Positions 49,974 through 62,880 are shown, counted from the first letter of the whole stretch. The stretch is 63,667 nucleotides of DNA, filler included, from Octopus bimaculoides (GCF_001194135.2; 7 parts of 6 records of this genome joined end to end with filler, not necessarily neighbours in it), one strand, 5' to 3'. Translations and numbers: made by a program. Notes: generated from the letters alone by a model not told the origin.

Positions 49974-50376
49974 CAACATTTAAATCGTTTAATGCTTTAT
50001 GATCATGTTATTAATTCCCTGACTGCAATGCTGTGCGTGGGCATTTTTCTCAATCACTCGTCACAAATTTGCGAATCAGAAACATTCAAATAAATTTAAT
50101 ATTTTCTGTCGCTCACTATAGTAATTCAACAAGATAGTTGCTAATGATGCTTTAACGAGACATTTTTCGTAGTTACTACTACGATAGCAGCATGTGTTAT
50201 TCGATTTGCATATAAGAACATTTTGTTAAAATGTGTTTTCAATATATACTTCATTGGTGGTAGACGAGCGCAACTGTCAGATCGATGATGTATTTAGTCA
50301 TATCCCATTTTTTTTTCTCTTTTGAGATCTGTGGATAGAAATATGCGTTTATTGATAAATCATGTCTCTTATTGCA

Positions 50377-50419
<43 letters not shown>

Positions 50420-51020
50420 NNNNNNNNNNNNNNNNNNNNNNNNNNNNNNNNNNNNNNNNNNNNNNNNNNNNNNNNNNNNNNNNNNNNNNNNNNNNNNNNN
50501 NNNNNNNNNNNNNNNNNNNNNNNNNNNNNNNNNNNNNNNNNNNNNNNNNNNNNNNNNNNNNNNNNNNNNNNNNNNNNNNNNNNNNNNNNNNNNNNNNNNN
50601 NNNNNNNNNNNNNNNNNNNNNNNNNNNNNNNNNNNTATATTCATGTTTAACGTGAACCACATCCTCTTATTACTTCACTCTCCATTTTACTGCCTAAATT
50701 TGTTATTTATCTACAGTTACGAATAATATGCTCCTTGAGCAATGAAGTCGCTCAAATCGACCACAACCATCCTCCAGAATGTTATGCTTTCAATAAGATG
50801 ATACATTATGTTGTCATATATCAGTTCAGATTTCAAATATATGATTACGTCATTATCATTATCCACTATCCCGGTGCCGATAGAGGGACGATTTCAATAC
50901 CCTAGATGTTTCGCATTGTGTTTATATTCAGCAATATATCTATATCCACATACGTATACATCTCCATATATATGTGTTTTGTATTTCTAGCTATTTAGAT
51001 CTCTATCTATACATGAAAAT

Positions 51021-51084
<64 letters not shown>

Positions 51085-51149
51085 GTATATATGAATATAT
51101 GATATGCTTTGTTTTACTCCTACTGCTTGCATTTTGCATTCTTGTAGTT

Positions 51150-52060
51150 TATTTCGTTATATGGTAGAACTTATGTATCTTTATATTTCCTTACGGCCAT
51201 CATCCTTTATCTTAATCATTGCTCCTCGATGGTCAGTGACCCTTTCGCTATCATGTTCATCCACACCGAAAAGCCAAGAGTAACTCCTTACCACAAGGAG
51301 CCACTACATACAAACTACAATGTCTATAGCTGTCTTTACGATCCCTTCCTCTTGTACACGGCCACCAAACTCTGCATATATTTGCAGCTTTCTCGCTTTC
51401 GTTTCCATGATCTTCTTCGCTTTCGGCACAGTTAAATCTACAATGACTACACTAAGTGCCCTCCACGATACAAGAACCAAATCCTGTTCACTCTCTCTGT
51501 TGACATCATCTGCTTCCCTTTCTTATTCACTCACACCTTCTGGGTGTCTGTAACCATCACCATCACCATCCCATAAATACCAACTGTGTGTACACATTTC
51601 TCATACATATTCCTATATTATCCTCCCTTACAAATTTAATACGTTTCGGCAGCTGCTTTGCTTTATCTTTACGACGTTGAACCTCCTTGCACGTATCGTC
51701 TGCCTGTTGCCAGGATCCGTGATTCTGTTTCTGTGTATAAACTGGGTGTTGAGCTCAGGACAATATAGCACACAATCCAACACATTCTTCTATCTCTTGC
51801 TGAAATTCTCCCCCTCCACATCACTTAAATTTCACTGAACATGGTACCAAATGAAATGTGGAAGTAATCACAAACCGGATTGCTTCTGAGGAGACTCAAA
51901 CTTTCCAAGAGTTTCGTTCCTGATCAAATTTGTCCAATGCTATCCATTTGCACTTAGGTCCTTGCTTTGCAACCCTTCTAGAAATATCTTTCTTATCGCT
52001 GGTATATTTTCCCATCATGTCCCACTTTTCCTTCCTGTCATGCAAACTCAAAGATTTATT
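51150..52060 (-). mobile_element. Degenerate RLE-type (HERO/NeSL-like) retrotransposon 3' fragment
   Basis: EQDLVLVSWRALSVVIVDLTVPKAKKIMETKARKLQIYAE resembles RPD.V...DLTVP...RKL.KY. Upstream AIRFVITSTFHLVP resembles I.FLL.STYD.LP. Boundaries approximate. Confidence 0.55.
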
Positions 52061-52243
52061 ATTTTTTTTTTGTTGAAATAAAACTCACATAATTTCAGAT
52101 AGTCTTCGATATAAACCCAAAGCCTTCTTCCCCTCAGTATTAAAAAAAATTAACTGTTTTTTATACACCCTTCACTTGCATTCATTATGAAGTGGAAGAC
52201 TTGTGTTGAAAAGTGTTGGATGCATCTCAAGGCCTTGCTGTTA

Positions 52244-52300
52244 TTAAAGTGGGAGCCGTGTTATCGTATATGATATACGATAATACAGCTCACATTTTAA
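52244..52300. repeat. Isolated 27-bp inverted repeat (hairpin, 3-nt loop)
   Basis: On the + strand the arms give 23 Watson-Crick pairs, 2 G-T pairs, 2 mismatches and no bulges. Confidence 0.85.
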
Positions 52301-53031
52301 ATTCAACAACTGGGTTAAGTGGAAGCTACAATTTCCTTGGACGGCCAAATAGAGCTACATAGGACATCACAGCTCCCAAACACCTCCGTTATCAAATATT
52401 CATTATTTGCTTCATGCGCGAGAAATATTGTTCATATAGAATCCATACACTTCACATTTATTCGAAACGCCTTGTATCTTAAACGGACAACTTGAATTAT
52501 TATGTATCAATTCATATGGATCGCTTACCACTTGTATCTATTGTCATTGAGTTTAGAACTTACTAGAAAACATACAAGGAAAAGCCGTTGACATGAAATT
52601 TCAGATTTCTAACAGCGAGGGGCTCCGCTTTAATATTTCATTATTTTTTCTGTATATTTTTCGCATCTATTCGTAATACACGAGATGCACGTTCTTCATA
52701 TTTCGCTCGATAGTACATAATAAATAATCTTAACAGCAGCTACGCATGCAGAACACACTCAAACAGTATGTGAGCTGATAACAGTTTCTTTTATGAGCTC
52801 ACATACTGATCATAGCATTCCATCTAATCTTCTCCTATACATGAGTGATAAAACAATAAATATGAAAATAATATGATTTATTATGCAACATAATACCTTC
52901 TTTTGTTTCCGCCAAAGTATAAAGTATGTATCCTTTGTAATAACCTATTGTGTAAGGTTTTCTATTACGTATGCAAATATGTTAAAATCAGTAGTTTTAG
53001 GGATCGGTTCGTTGAATTTTTCGTATAAATT

Positions 53032-53076
<45 letters not shown>

Positions 53077-53629
53077 CTCAAGGATTCGAATGTTGGAATT
53101 CGAAGTGGCGAATACCATTGACGACTTCTGTGAAGAGATGTGCATAAACCGAAAGGTACAACTCTATTACCTCACAAATCGCCAACATCGAAATCTTACT
53201 ATTAAAAGTTTGCTACTCTCAATATAACAAATGGAAGCAAATCGGAGAAAAGTAACTGCAAAATGTTGCGAAATTCCCGCCTAAGTTGCTGCAGAAACTT
53301 TTGATGATTTTACCAGCTTTGATGAATCATTTAGATAAGCATTTCACGCAGTGACATAAAACAGGAAGCATACATAAAATCCCATGGTATTTTTTTTTTT
53401 ACATTCTACAATGACCAAACAGATCATCATTAGGCACAAACTGCTTTGAGAGGGAAATAAACCAATAAGAGGAATTTCAAAATGGAGATGATATATACAC
53501 AACACCATATTGTCAAGGACTTGCTGGTTTAGAAAAATCCTGGTGTACATACATATCTGAGAAATTTTAAGAGTCACTTTAAGTGCAAACAGTAATGAGC
53601 TCATCTAAATAATATTTGAATTATAGGCA

Positions 53630-54080
53630 GGTGTTAAAGGCGAGTTAGACGAAGTGAGTTAGACGAAGATGTCCTTCTTTTTGCTTCTTGCCGTGATGGG
53701 ATTTCATACAATTTTTTCTAGTGCTTTTTTATCGTTTCCTCATTTACACCTAGTACAACTCTTAAGTTCTTTGGCAGGATGTAACACCGTTGTGGACCCC
53801 TGAAAACCTAGACATTGCAATAGTAGTTCTCTGTCTGAGATTAAAATGACGGTATCTTCGTTATTATGCAGAGAAGTCAAATTTGGTGGTTGGTATAGCT
53901 CTTAATTCCAAAGTTGGGAGCTGGGCTTTCTAGGATCTTCTATATGCATATTACTGCATACCTTTCTAGCCTTTTCTCCATGGAGTAGAGCTTCAGTTCT
54001 TGTAGCCTCTACTAGTAGCTCAGCTGTTTCACCGAGTCAATCTTCTGTATGCAGTGGCGCTGGATTGGCTAATGTTCCGC
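53630..54080 (-). mobile_element. CR1/L2-group LINE 3' fragment
   Basis: IQRHCIQKI...LSY*...LQELKLYSMEKRLERYAVI...KILE..PNFGI...GFQGP...ILPKNLR resembles the CR1-type C-terminus. Confidence 0.7.
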
Positions 54081-54711
54081 CATTTATCCCTAATTATTTT
54101 ATATCTTTAATTTATCCCTAATTATCTGATCAAGTAGTCAGGTTTAGATCAGAAATATTTCCTTCCTCACCTGATATTTTTCACCCATCGGGAAATATTT
54201 TCATTATGAAACAAAATATATAAAGCAAAATACCGCAACATATTTATTTTACCTCTTTTAAAGCTATGTTAAAAACAACCATCTCTCTATGTGATCTGTG
54301 ACACATTTTATTGCGTTTAAGTTGTCGTTCAGTTTAAGAAGCCTGCAGATTGATAACCGTCCTTTTATTTAGAAACTCTTAGTTTCAGCGTCAATGGAAG
54401 TATCATTTCTTGCGATGAGAAATTATTTCATGCTGTATAACTTTCATTATATGCCTAAATATCAAAATTCGCACAACTCGTATAAATCACTGTTGAACAA
54501 TCCATTTCCCTATATATCCTGTGATACACTTTTTTGAGTGTGAATGAGTCGACTGTTGATCTGTATTTCCATGCGTTTGTCGCAGATTACAAAGTGCATG
54601 AATAAGCAAAATACATAGCTCACATTAATTAAACAGCAATAAACTTGAATGACAAATCAATGCATTGCATAGATATTTCCGCTTGAACATTTCGCTTAAA
54701 TATATACATAA

Positions 54712-54739
54712 CTAGCAGAAATACCCGGCTTTGCCCGGG
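54712..54739 (-). mobile_element. Helitron 3' terminus
   Basis: Minus strand: CCCGGGCAAAGCCGGG hairpin, TATTTCTG, CTAG|T. Confidence 0.65.
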
Positions 54740-56974
54740 TTAAAGAGAATAATGAAATCTAAAAACGCTGTCTAGACTACGCAACCCTCAACTGTTAGTA
54801 GCTACGATACCATATTTCTACATTAATAACTCTCCAATCCATGCCAGTATGGAACATAGACATTAAGTGGAATGCCAGTCTCTCATCTAGGAGGGCCTTG
54901 AAATCAATGTTACCAACTGGGGATTATGTGTGTCGCAGTGATAATAAAAAAGACCCAAAGGAGGCCTGCAACGAAATAATTTTACTCAACACTTTGCAAG
55001 TGAATCAGTGAAGGCAAATATGCGTCTCATTTATTTGACAATTTATGCACCACATTGCAGAAATCACAATGTAAGTATATCTGAAAGGGTAGTCTTACAN
55101 NNNNNNNNNNNNNNNNNNNNNNNNNNNNNNNNNNNNNNNNNNNTTAATTAATTAANNNNNNNNNNNNNNNNNNNNNNNNNNNNNNNNNNNNNNNNNNNNT
55201 CCGATCTTATATATATATATAAACCCAACACTTTGTAATTAATTTATAGTTACAATAGGGCACAAGAGATACAAGCACTGCTGTAAAAATCAGAGTCGAA
55301 AATTTCTCTAAAAAGACCAACAATCACTGGAAATGTAATAAGCACAACAGAAATTTATTCACCATCTCGGCAGAAAACCAAGCCGTAGAATGAGAAAAAT
55401 AGTTACCCCTGGATCAATTGATTTCGAATTTTGTGAGTTAATCTCCCTTAATTCTCATTAGTTTATCTCCATCAATTCTCATTGCTCGTTTCGCTGTACT
55501 TGGCCACCGTTGAATAGCTAATACCAAATTAATAAACGGTGTCACTGTATAAAATTACTAAATGGATAAATATTCAAAAATATTTATATAGATATTATCA
55601 TTAATAAAATGAATAGTGGCCAGCAATCAAAAAGGCTGGTAAATGGCAAATCACAAATTTTATAAAGCTATAAAAGAGTACAGGAGGTGCCAGCATTTTT
55701 ATGAAAATCAAAGTCTAAAATCCTCTACTTACATATATGTACTCATTTATAGTATATCTATCTATCTTGTTAGCTAAGTAGTAGTCTATATATATATGTG
55801 TGCGTGTATGTGTGTATGTGTGCCTGTCTGTCTGTCTGTCTGTGAGTGCGTGTGTACATTTCTAGACAGATAGGTAGATAGATAGATGCTTGCAGTACTC
55901 CTGTGATTTACAAGCCGCTAGCTAATTATACTTCTCAATTCTTTTACTTAAAATTTTGTAATTTCCATATTCCTATACCAATTAAAAGAATAGTTACCTG
56001 GAGCTTGATAACTGCTTTAATATTTTTATCCGTTTTGATGCCAATCTTTCGATAATCTACATTTACCTCTCTTGTTTTCTAATTCCTATCATAGATTCAG
56101 GTATCTTTCCGTCAATTCGTTGATTAATTCAACTTTTCAATCTTCGCTTCGATATTCATGATGTTGAATATATTCCTGTAAAAGTGAAATCCCTGAAAAG
56201 AAGAAACAACTACTTTTGTTTCACTAAACTTTTAAATATTTCATCATCATAATTGAAATTAAAGACTATTATACTGTTCTGCATAATGTTCTATTATACT
56301 GTTCTATTATACTTGCTATTATACTGTTCAGCATAACGTTCTTCATCCTCGATCATATTTCAATTCATTTTTAAACGTTTCACTGAGTTATGGAGGAATA
56401 TTAAACGCGGTGTTGTATATTAAAATTAGATGCATTAAATTATTCTGTCGTTGTTTAGTAATTTCTTTTTAGACAGTAGTCAGGCATGCTTAAATAAACT
56501 TTTGAAAATCGTTTCAGCTTAAACAGTCCTTACTGTTATGCAGATATGAAAAGACCTAATATCACGTCATCAATTGTTCTAGTTTTTACAGCTGTAATCT
56601 TTAATTTCAAGTTTATTTCGATACTGTTATCAGCAGTCAAGTAGCCACTTAGATATCTTCAATAATACTTCGCTTGCAGAAATTTTATAAACATCCATTG
56701 AATAAATAGTATTGATATATATATATATATAAATTATATTTAGGATAAAAAGAATCTATTTAATGTATAGATGTTATTGTAGTGTGCACTAGACCTTCCG
56801 TAGTTTCACTTTTCAATTATGTGACTACGAATAAAAAAGGTAAAAATAGTGGTACAAGCCTCTCAGCATCCTCAAGTACTTTAATGCTAGAAAGCTTGTG
56901 TGAAATGATGCCTTTTAACGGATCCGTCTTTTTCTTTTTTTTTTTCTCCTCTTCCACATATGCAAATTCCGTAG

Positions 56975-57630
56975 CACCAGCTTTCGTCATAGTGATGACC
57001 TTCGAAAAAAGATCCGGATCGAATTCCAGCTGTTCATTCAGTTCGTGACATGCATTAAGTCGTGACTGCATTGATCTGTCCGTGAGCAAGTAAGACACAC
57101 ATTTTGACGTAACACTTCATTCGCAATTCCTCGTTAAAAATTCGTTGCCAGGAGCTCAAGGACACACCTGTCATATCAACAAGTTCGTCAATTTTGATGT
57201 GACGGCCTCGAAGATCAGTTCATGAATGTTCGTGATATTTTCATTAGTTCGAGAGGTCGTCGATCATTCTGAACGAGGTTGGTCCTTAAGCGACAAGTGA
57301 AGATTCCTAAAGCATGCAAACCACTCGTAAATTTGTATTTTTCCCGTGGAAGCATCCTTGTAAGCTGTTTAAAGCATGAGAACTGTTTCGGCAACCGTTT
57401 CTCCAGCTGAAAACAGAATTTCACGGAAGCACGCTGTTCCTTCGTTTCAGCCATCGCGAAAATCGACGAACAAGCACTGCAAAACATAGACACACCACGC
57501 GGCAGTACGAGTCCAGCGTTCGATGCCTGATATTTGCATCAAGTGTCTTCTAGCGGCGGAAATCTGAACTACAATAGGTTTGTACCACAGAGAACGTTTC
57601 CGGTTAATTTAATTTTGGGTACCCCTCGTA
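56975..57630 (-). mobile_element. Mariner transposon 5' half (one TIR)
   Basis: Starts TACGAGGGGTACCCAAAA on the minus strand. EQRASVKFCFQL..; LT..MQSRLNACHEL.EQLE.DPDLFSKVIT(G)DESWCYG, then breaks off. Confidence 0.85.
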
Positions 57631-57781
57631 TCATTCAGATTAATTGAAGTACAACCACCCAAACTCTCTCTCTCTATATATCTATATATATGGGAGAATA
57701 TACAAATAATAACAACAGACGAGGACAGGTGGTGTAAATAACAAAAGTATATATTAGTATGACGCTCGGGAATACGGAAAG

Positions 57782-57818
57782 TCTTTGACGTTTCGAGCTA
57801 CGCTCTTCAACAGAAAGA
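57782..57818 (-). ncRNA. Minimal type-I hammerhead variant (A6 to U) in a short PLE-type repeat
   Basis: Minus strand: TCTTT-CTGTTGA-A-GAGC(GTA)GCTC-GAAA-CG-TC-AAAGA. Stem I TCTTT/AAAGA, stem II GAGC/GCTC, palindromic ACGT, GUC triplet. Confidence 0.62.
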
Positions 57819-57823
57819 ATATA

Positions 57824-57856
<33 letters not shown>

Positions 57857-58385
57857 ATGTATGTATGTATGTATATATATATCGTCGTTACAAATATAAA
57901 GTATTTAATATGTACAAACAAAAACACTATGTTGGATTTGATTGAATCTACTCTCCGAAATTAAGACTGTTAAGTAGTAATAACAGTATCGTTAATACTG
58001 ACATAACACACACACTAGAGGATCTAATTCTTTTCATATATAAACGAAAAAGAAACAGTAAGAAAAAGCAGTGGGTAAGATGATAATCGACACCGCATCC
58101 TTTTAATTAAAAAACGGTCGCAGCTCAAATCAGTTGCCTGGCGAGTGCATCGCCAAGCTTTATGCAATTTTACATTTTATGTGAAAAATGATTAAAAGAG
58201 AGAGAATCTTTTGAATTCGCATAAAATATTAGGACGTTTATTTCACTCCAAACAGCCCAAAAATTGTGGATGGATACAAATTACGGTAGTAGAATGTTGT
58301 ACAACATTTGCAAAGCTCGAATGCAAAAGTTGTACATATATACATACTCAAACTCACCCCCCCACCCCCCGCACACACACATACG

Positions 58386-58417
<32 letters not shown>

Positions 58418-58466
58418 CACACACACAGATGCAAAAATACTCTTATGGACATTCAGACACACACAG

Positions 58467-58511
<45 letters not shown>

Positions 58512-58868
58512 TGTGCTTATGACAACGCATAAATAATGGTCATTATATATCTCGTTATTGTAATAAATTTGACTTACAGCTATTTCCAGTACTCATTATA
58601 GGGTTGTTATTTTTAGGTTCACTCAATTGACCCTTGGTGTGTTGAGAAAAACTGAATAACCTAGAGAGTTAAAGCTACGTTCCTCGGAGTCATTTCAGGT
58701 TATAAATAAGTAGAACACTGAAACAATGTTTCAGGCATGGGCACGGGAGCAATAATTATGAGTGTGAAGTAAGTAGAGGAGAAATAAAGTGGAAAGGGAA
58801 AGTGAAGTGATCATTTTCTTTTCCAAATCACTTCTTCTCTTCCATTTTCTTCCAGCTTTCTCCCACTT

Positions 58869-58900
<32 letters not shown>

Positions 58901-59546
58901 NNNNNNNNNNNNNNNNNNNNNNNNNNNNNNNNNNNNNNNNNNNNTTAATTAATTAANNNNNNNNNNNNNNNNNNNNNNNNNNNNNNNNNNNNNNNNNNNN
59001 TCTATCTATCTATCTATCTATCTATTCATATACGGTATGTATGAATATAGATACATGCGTGGATGGATCATCATCATGGTCGTCATCATCTTCATTATCA
59101 AACATCGTAATTAGTGAACTGAACGTACCAGGGAAATTTTCCATTAAACAATGAAAATTTTCCATTAAACAAATTATCAGAACGAAATAAGAAGCGCGGA
59201 TAGAAAGGAAAGAAACGTTCTAGTTTTAGAATATGTACTCCAAAACGAGTTCAGTAAGGAGACGAATGTTAAAACACACTTACATTATATGCAAAAAATA
59301 TAAAAACGCTCTCATTGGGGACTAAGGTCAATCGAAAGACCAAGATCTATTGTCCAATGGAGATAACTTCTTCTGCGGCCATATTGTTATTATGTAACAA
59401 TGTAAAGAATTTTACATTCACTGTCATTTCCTTTAAATCATTTTATAAATGGGTGAAAACAGTAGCTAAGGAATTTTGTTAGAGATCACCATTAGTTGAA
59501 TAAGCTTAATCAACCTCTGTATATATACGTTCAGTTACACTTATAT

Positions 59547-59925
59547 TTGTGGAAGCGCAATGGCCCAGTGGTTAGGGCAGCGGACTCGCGGTCATAGGAT
59601 CACGGTTTCGATTGCCAGACTGGGCGTTATGAGAGTTTATTGAGCGAAAACACCTAAAGCTCCACGAGGCTCCGGCAGGGGATGGTGGCGAACCCTGCTG
59701 TACTCTTTCACCACAACTTTCTCTTACTTCCTGTTTCTGTTGTGCCTGTATTTCAAAGGGTCAGCCTTGTCACACTGTGTCACGCTGAATATCCCCGAGA
59801 ACTACGTTAAGGGTTCACGTGTCTGTAGAGTGCTCAGCCACTTGCACGTTAATTTCACGAGCAGGCTGTTCCGTTGATCGGATCAACTGGAACCCTCGAC
59901 GTCGTAAGCGACGGAGTGCCAACAC
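59547..59925 (+). mobile_element. tRNA-derived SINE family D, near full length
   Basis: Head GGAAGCGCAATGGCCCAGTGGTTAGG...GGTTTCGATT (A/B boxes), about 370 bp, CAACACACAC tail. Partial reverse copy near 25880-25990. Confidence 0.7.
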
Positions 59926-60169
59926 ACACACACTTTTATATTTATCTCATTTCAGTGCGTTAAATGTTTTTCTAATTTAAATATAGAGAAATCTGTAAAT
60001 TTGTAGGCTTTCTTATCATTTATGGATTTCTGGTGATTGGAAGAGGAGAGCTCGGTGATGAAAGACAGAAAAATGGTTTCAAATAGAAGTGAAACTGCTC
60101 TGTCTGATAGATGAAACATGAGCGAAATAGGGAGCCTGTATGTGGTCGCGTGACTTGCTAGTAATGAGG

Positions 60170-60362
60170 GAAGAAGTAAAGAAAAGAGGGAAGGAAGAAA
60201 TAAAGAAAGGAAAGAAGAAAGAGTGAAATAAAGAGAGTGGAAGAAAGAAAGAAAGAAAATGGAGTGAAAGAAAGGAAGAAAGAAAGAGTGAAAGAAAGAA
60301 AGAGTGAAAGAAAGAAAGAGTGAAAGAAAGAAAGAGTGAAAGAAAGAAAGAAAGAAATAATA
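60170..60362. repeat. (GAAA)n-rich polypurine tract
   Basis: Includes tandem AAAGAAAGAAAGAGTG units. Confidence 0.9.
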
Positions 60363-61959
60363 AACACGGTTCATAAATGAAGTTCAACCCTCTACGCTCG
60401 TCATGGTCAAGCGTCCATCCACAAGACTTCCTGAATGGTACAACTAACGAAAAGACACCTTGAATTAAAAAAAAATTTTCTTTGATAGCGCAGCCCATTG
60501 GATGATGAACGAGGTCAAAGTGCAGCCGGCTTCTCAAAACAGGTTGCCCTTGACTGCTCTACGTAGTCATTCGACACGCTCGCACGCACTGCAAAGTATA
60601 TTGCAATAGGTTGTCCGCATCTTTTGCCATATAACTGCGTTTCCCGGCGGTATACTCTACACAGTCATAAAAGAAGTGAAATATCCCATAATGGCTACCT
60701 CTGATGAGCGCAGGGTTGCATAATCGGACTGTTCCCTAACACTCCATTGCACCACTTGTGCAAAACCAATTGATAAGATCAGCCATAATGGATATATAAT
60801 ACTTTACACTTCGATTGATATACATATATACCGTATATTTCCACTTATAAGATGACCTTTAAATCCTAAAACTTTACACTAATTATTTGGAGTCGTCGTA
60901 TACCACTAATCTAAAAATTAAACTTTAAATTTTAAGTGATTTTATAAGTTTAGAGAATATTATCAAGTCCGTGATTACTTATATACAATTGGCAGAGTAA
61001 CAATTTATAAAGATCGAAATATTGCACTTCCTTCGATGATTCCTTATCGCATTACATTTAGCGCACAAAGACATAAGAATGATATCCCATGCTGAAGTTT
61101 CAGGCTTTGGGGGCTATAATAACATTTGCTGGCAGAACACTCAGAAATGAATGCCATCATTGCAAGAGAACAGGACTTCACAATTAAGTGCATCATCTTC
61201 TATTCTTGTCCAACTCATATCAATTCAATCTATGTGCGTAGATTATTTTCTTTACAAAGGCATACAATATTTAGTCCTTACTGACTATTTCAATTAGTCA
61301 GTCGATGCTATCAAAGGCTTTAGTGAAATTATACACTGAACCTATGTTACGTATGGGAATTCCCTATCGATTGCTATTTCGAGAAAGAACAGAGTTCACA
61401 AATTCGTCAGCGAGATACTGCCTTAAAACTTATTGATATACACCAACTTTCCATCAGATTGTTTCCCGCAGAGCAACTACCTTATCGGCGTCAACAATGG
61501 AACAATTTCTGAAATGGACTGAAATTAGTTGCCAAATAGATATGCTACAATATTACAACATATCACATATGAATACCGAACTGTCACCAGTTACGTGCAT
61601 ATTTGGATGAGTATTAGGGAAAGGGCTATAGTGAAGAGAAGGAGAGAAAGAAAGAGAGGAAGGAATAGAAATAACAGAGGAAGGGGAGCATTCAATAAAA
61701 AAAAGAGACAGAGGATGGCTGAAATTGAGGAAGGAAACAGTCACAAAAACATTAGTGTTTGTAACTGGGATACCATACATGAAAACATTCGCATTGTCTT
61801 CAGATAATGGCTTAGCTGGATGAAACTTCGAACTGACTGTCCATACTATCTTCGTTAAAGCATAATATATACATACATATATGTGTGTGCGTATCTGTGT
61901 GTCTGTGTGTGTGTATTTGTGTGTATACATATGTACATAATACATGGATATATGTATTC

Positions 61960-62170
61960 TTTTATTCTTTCACTTGTTTCAATCGTTTGACTGCGGCCAT
62001 GCTGGAGCACCACCTTGAAGGGTTTTAGTTAAACAAATCGACCCCAGAGCTTATTCTTAAAGCCTAGTACTTATTCTATCAAACCCTAAGCAGAACCGCT
62101 AAGTTACGGGGATATAAACACACCAACACCGATTGTCAAGTGGTGATGGAGAGGGTACAAACACAAAAAC
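61960..62170 (-). mobile_element. SINE family B 3' half
   Basis: TTGACTGCGGCCATGCTGGAGCACC...GAACCGCTAAGTTACGGGG. Confidence 0.8.
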
Positions 62171-62379
62171 ACACTTAGATAACATTACCCTTTAACAAAA
62201 GAGTCTGCATCCCTAAACATACTCATGACNNNNNNNNNNNNNNNNNNNNNNNNNNNNNNNNNNNNNNNNNNNNTTAATTAATTAANNNNNNNNNNNNNNN
62301 NNNNNNNNNNNNNNNNNNNNNNNNNNNNNTGTATGTATGTATGTATGTATGTATGTATGAATGTATGTATATATCTATA

Positions 62380-62595
62380 GGTGCATGCGTAGCTGTGCTG
62401 TAAGAAACTTCCTTCCTAACCATTTCCGGTCTCAGTCCCACTGCGTGGCACCTTGGGCAAGTGTCTTCTACTACAGCCTCGGACCGACCAAAGCCTTGTG
62501 AATGGATCTGGTAGACGGAAACTGATAGAAGCCCGTCTGTGTGTGTGTCTGTGTGTGCGTGTGTGTTGTGTGTGTTTGTGTGTGTGTGTGTGTGT

Positions 62596-62685
<90 letters not shown>

Positions 62686-62880
62686 TTTCACCATCGCTTG
62701 ACAACCGATGCTAGTGTGTTTATGTCCCCGTAAATTAGCAGTTCGGCAAAAGAGACTGGTAGAATAAATAGGAAGCTCACAAAGAATAAGCCCTGGGTTC
62801 GATTTCTTCGGCTATAACGCTTTAAGGCGGTGCTCCAGCATGTCCACAGTCAAATGACTGAAACATGTAGAAGAAGAAAA
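62380..62880 (+). mobile_element. SINE family B, near full length with expanded internal (TG)n
   Basis: CACTGCGTGGCACCTTGGGCAAGTG...(TG)n...GCGGTGCTCCAGCATG..CACAGTCAAATGACTGAAAC. Confidence 0.85.

Noticed and set aside
7756-50726. Long ORFs full of X in the ORF track
   Set aside because: They are open only because N-gaps contain no stop codons.
56817-57098. 93-aa ORF as a mariner-host fusion gene
   Set aside because: The apparent fusion arises from a frameshift in the mariner TGDESW motif running into a poly-A tract.
60701-60730. CTGATGAG followed by the GCGCA/TGCAT hairpin
   Set aside because: No GAAA box and no stem I complement. At most a heavily decayed hammerhead.
18969-62285. TTAATTAATTAA embedded in the middle of six N-runs (near 18969, 38891, 48401, 55144, 58945, 62274)
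   Set aside because: An identical 12-mer centred in fixed-length gaps is a scaffolding placeholder, not biological sequence.
708-62733. ORFs of poly-HT, CV, YI, I, M, SL or ER
   Set aside because: These are translations of di-, tri- and tetranucleotide microsatellites.
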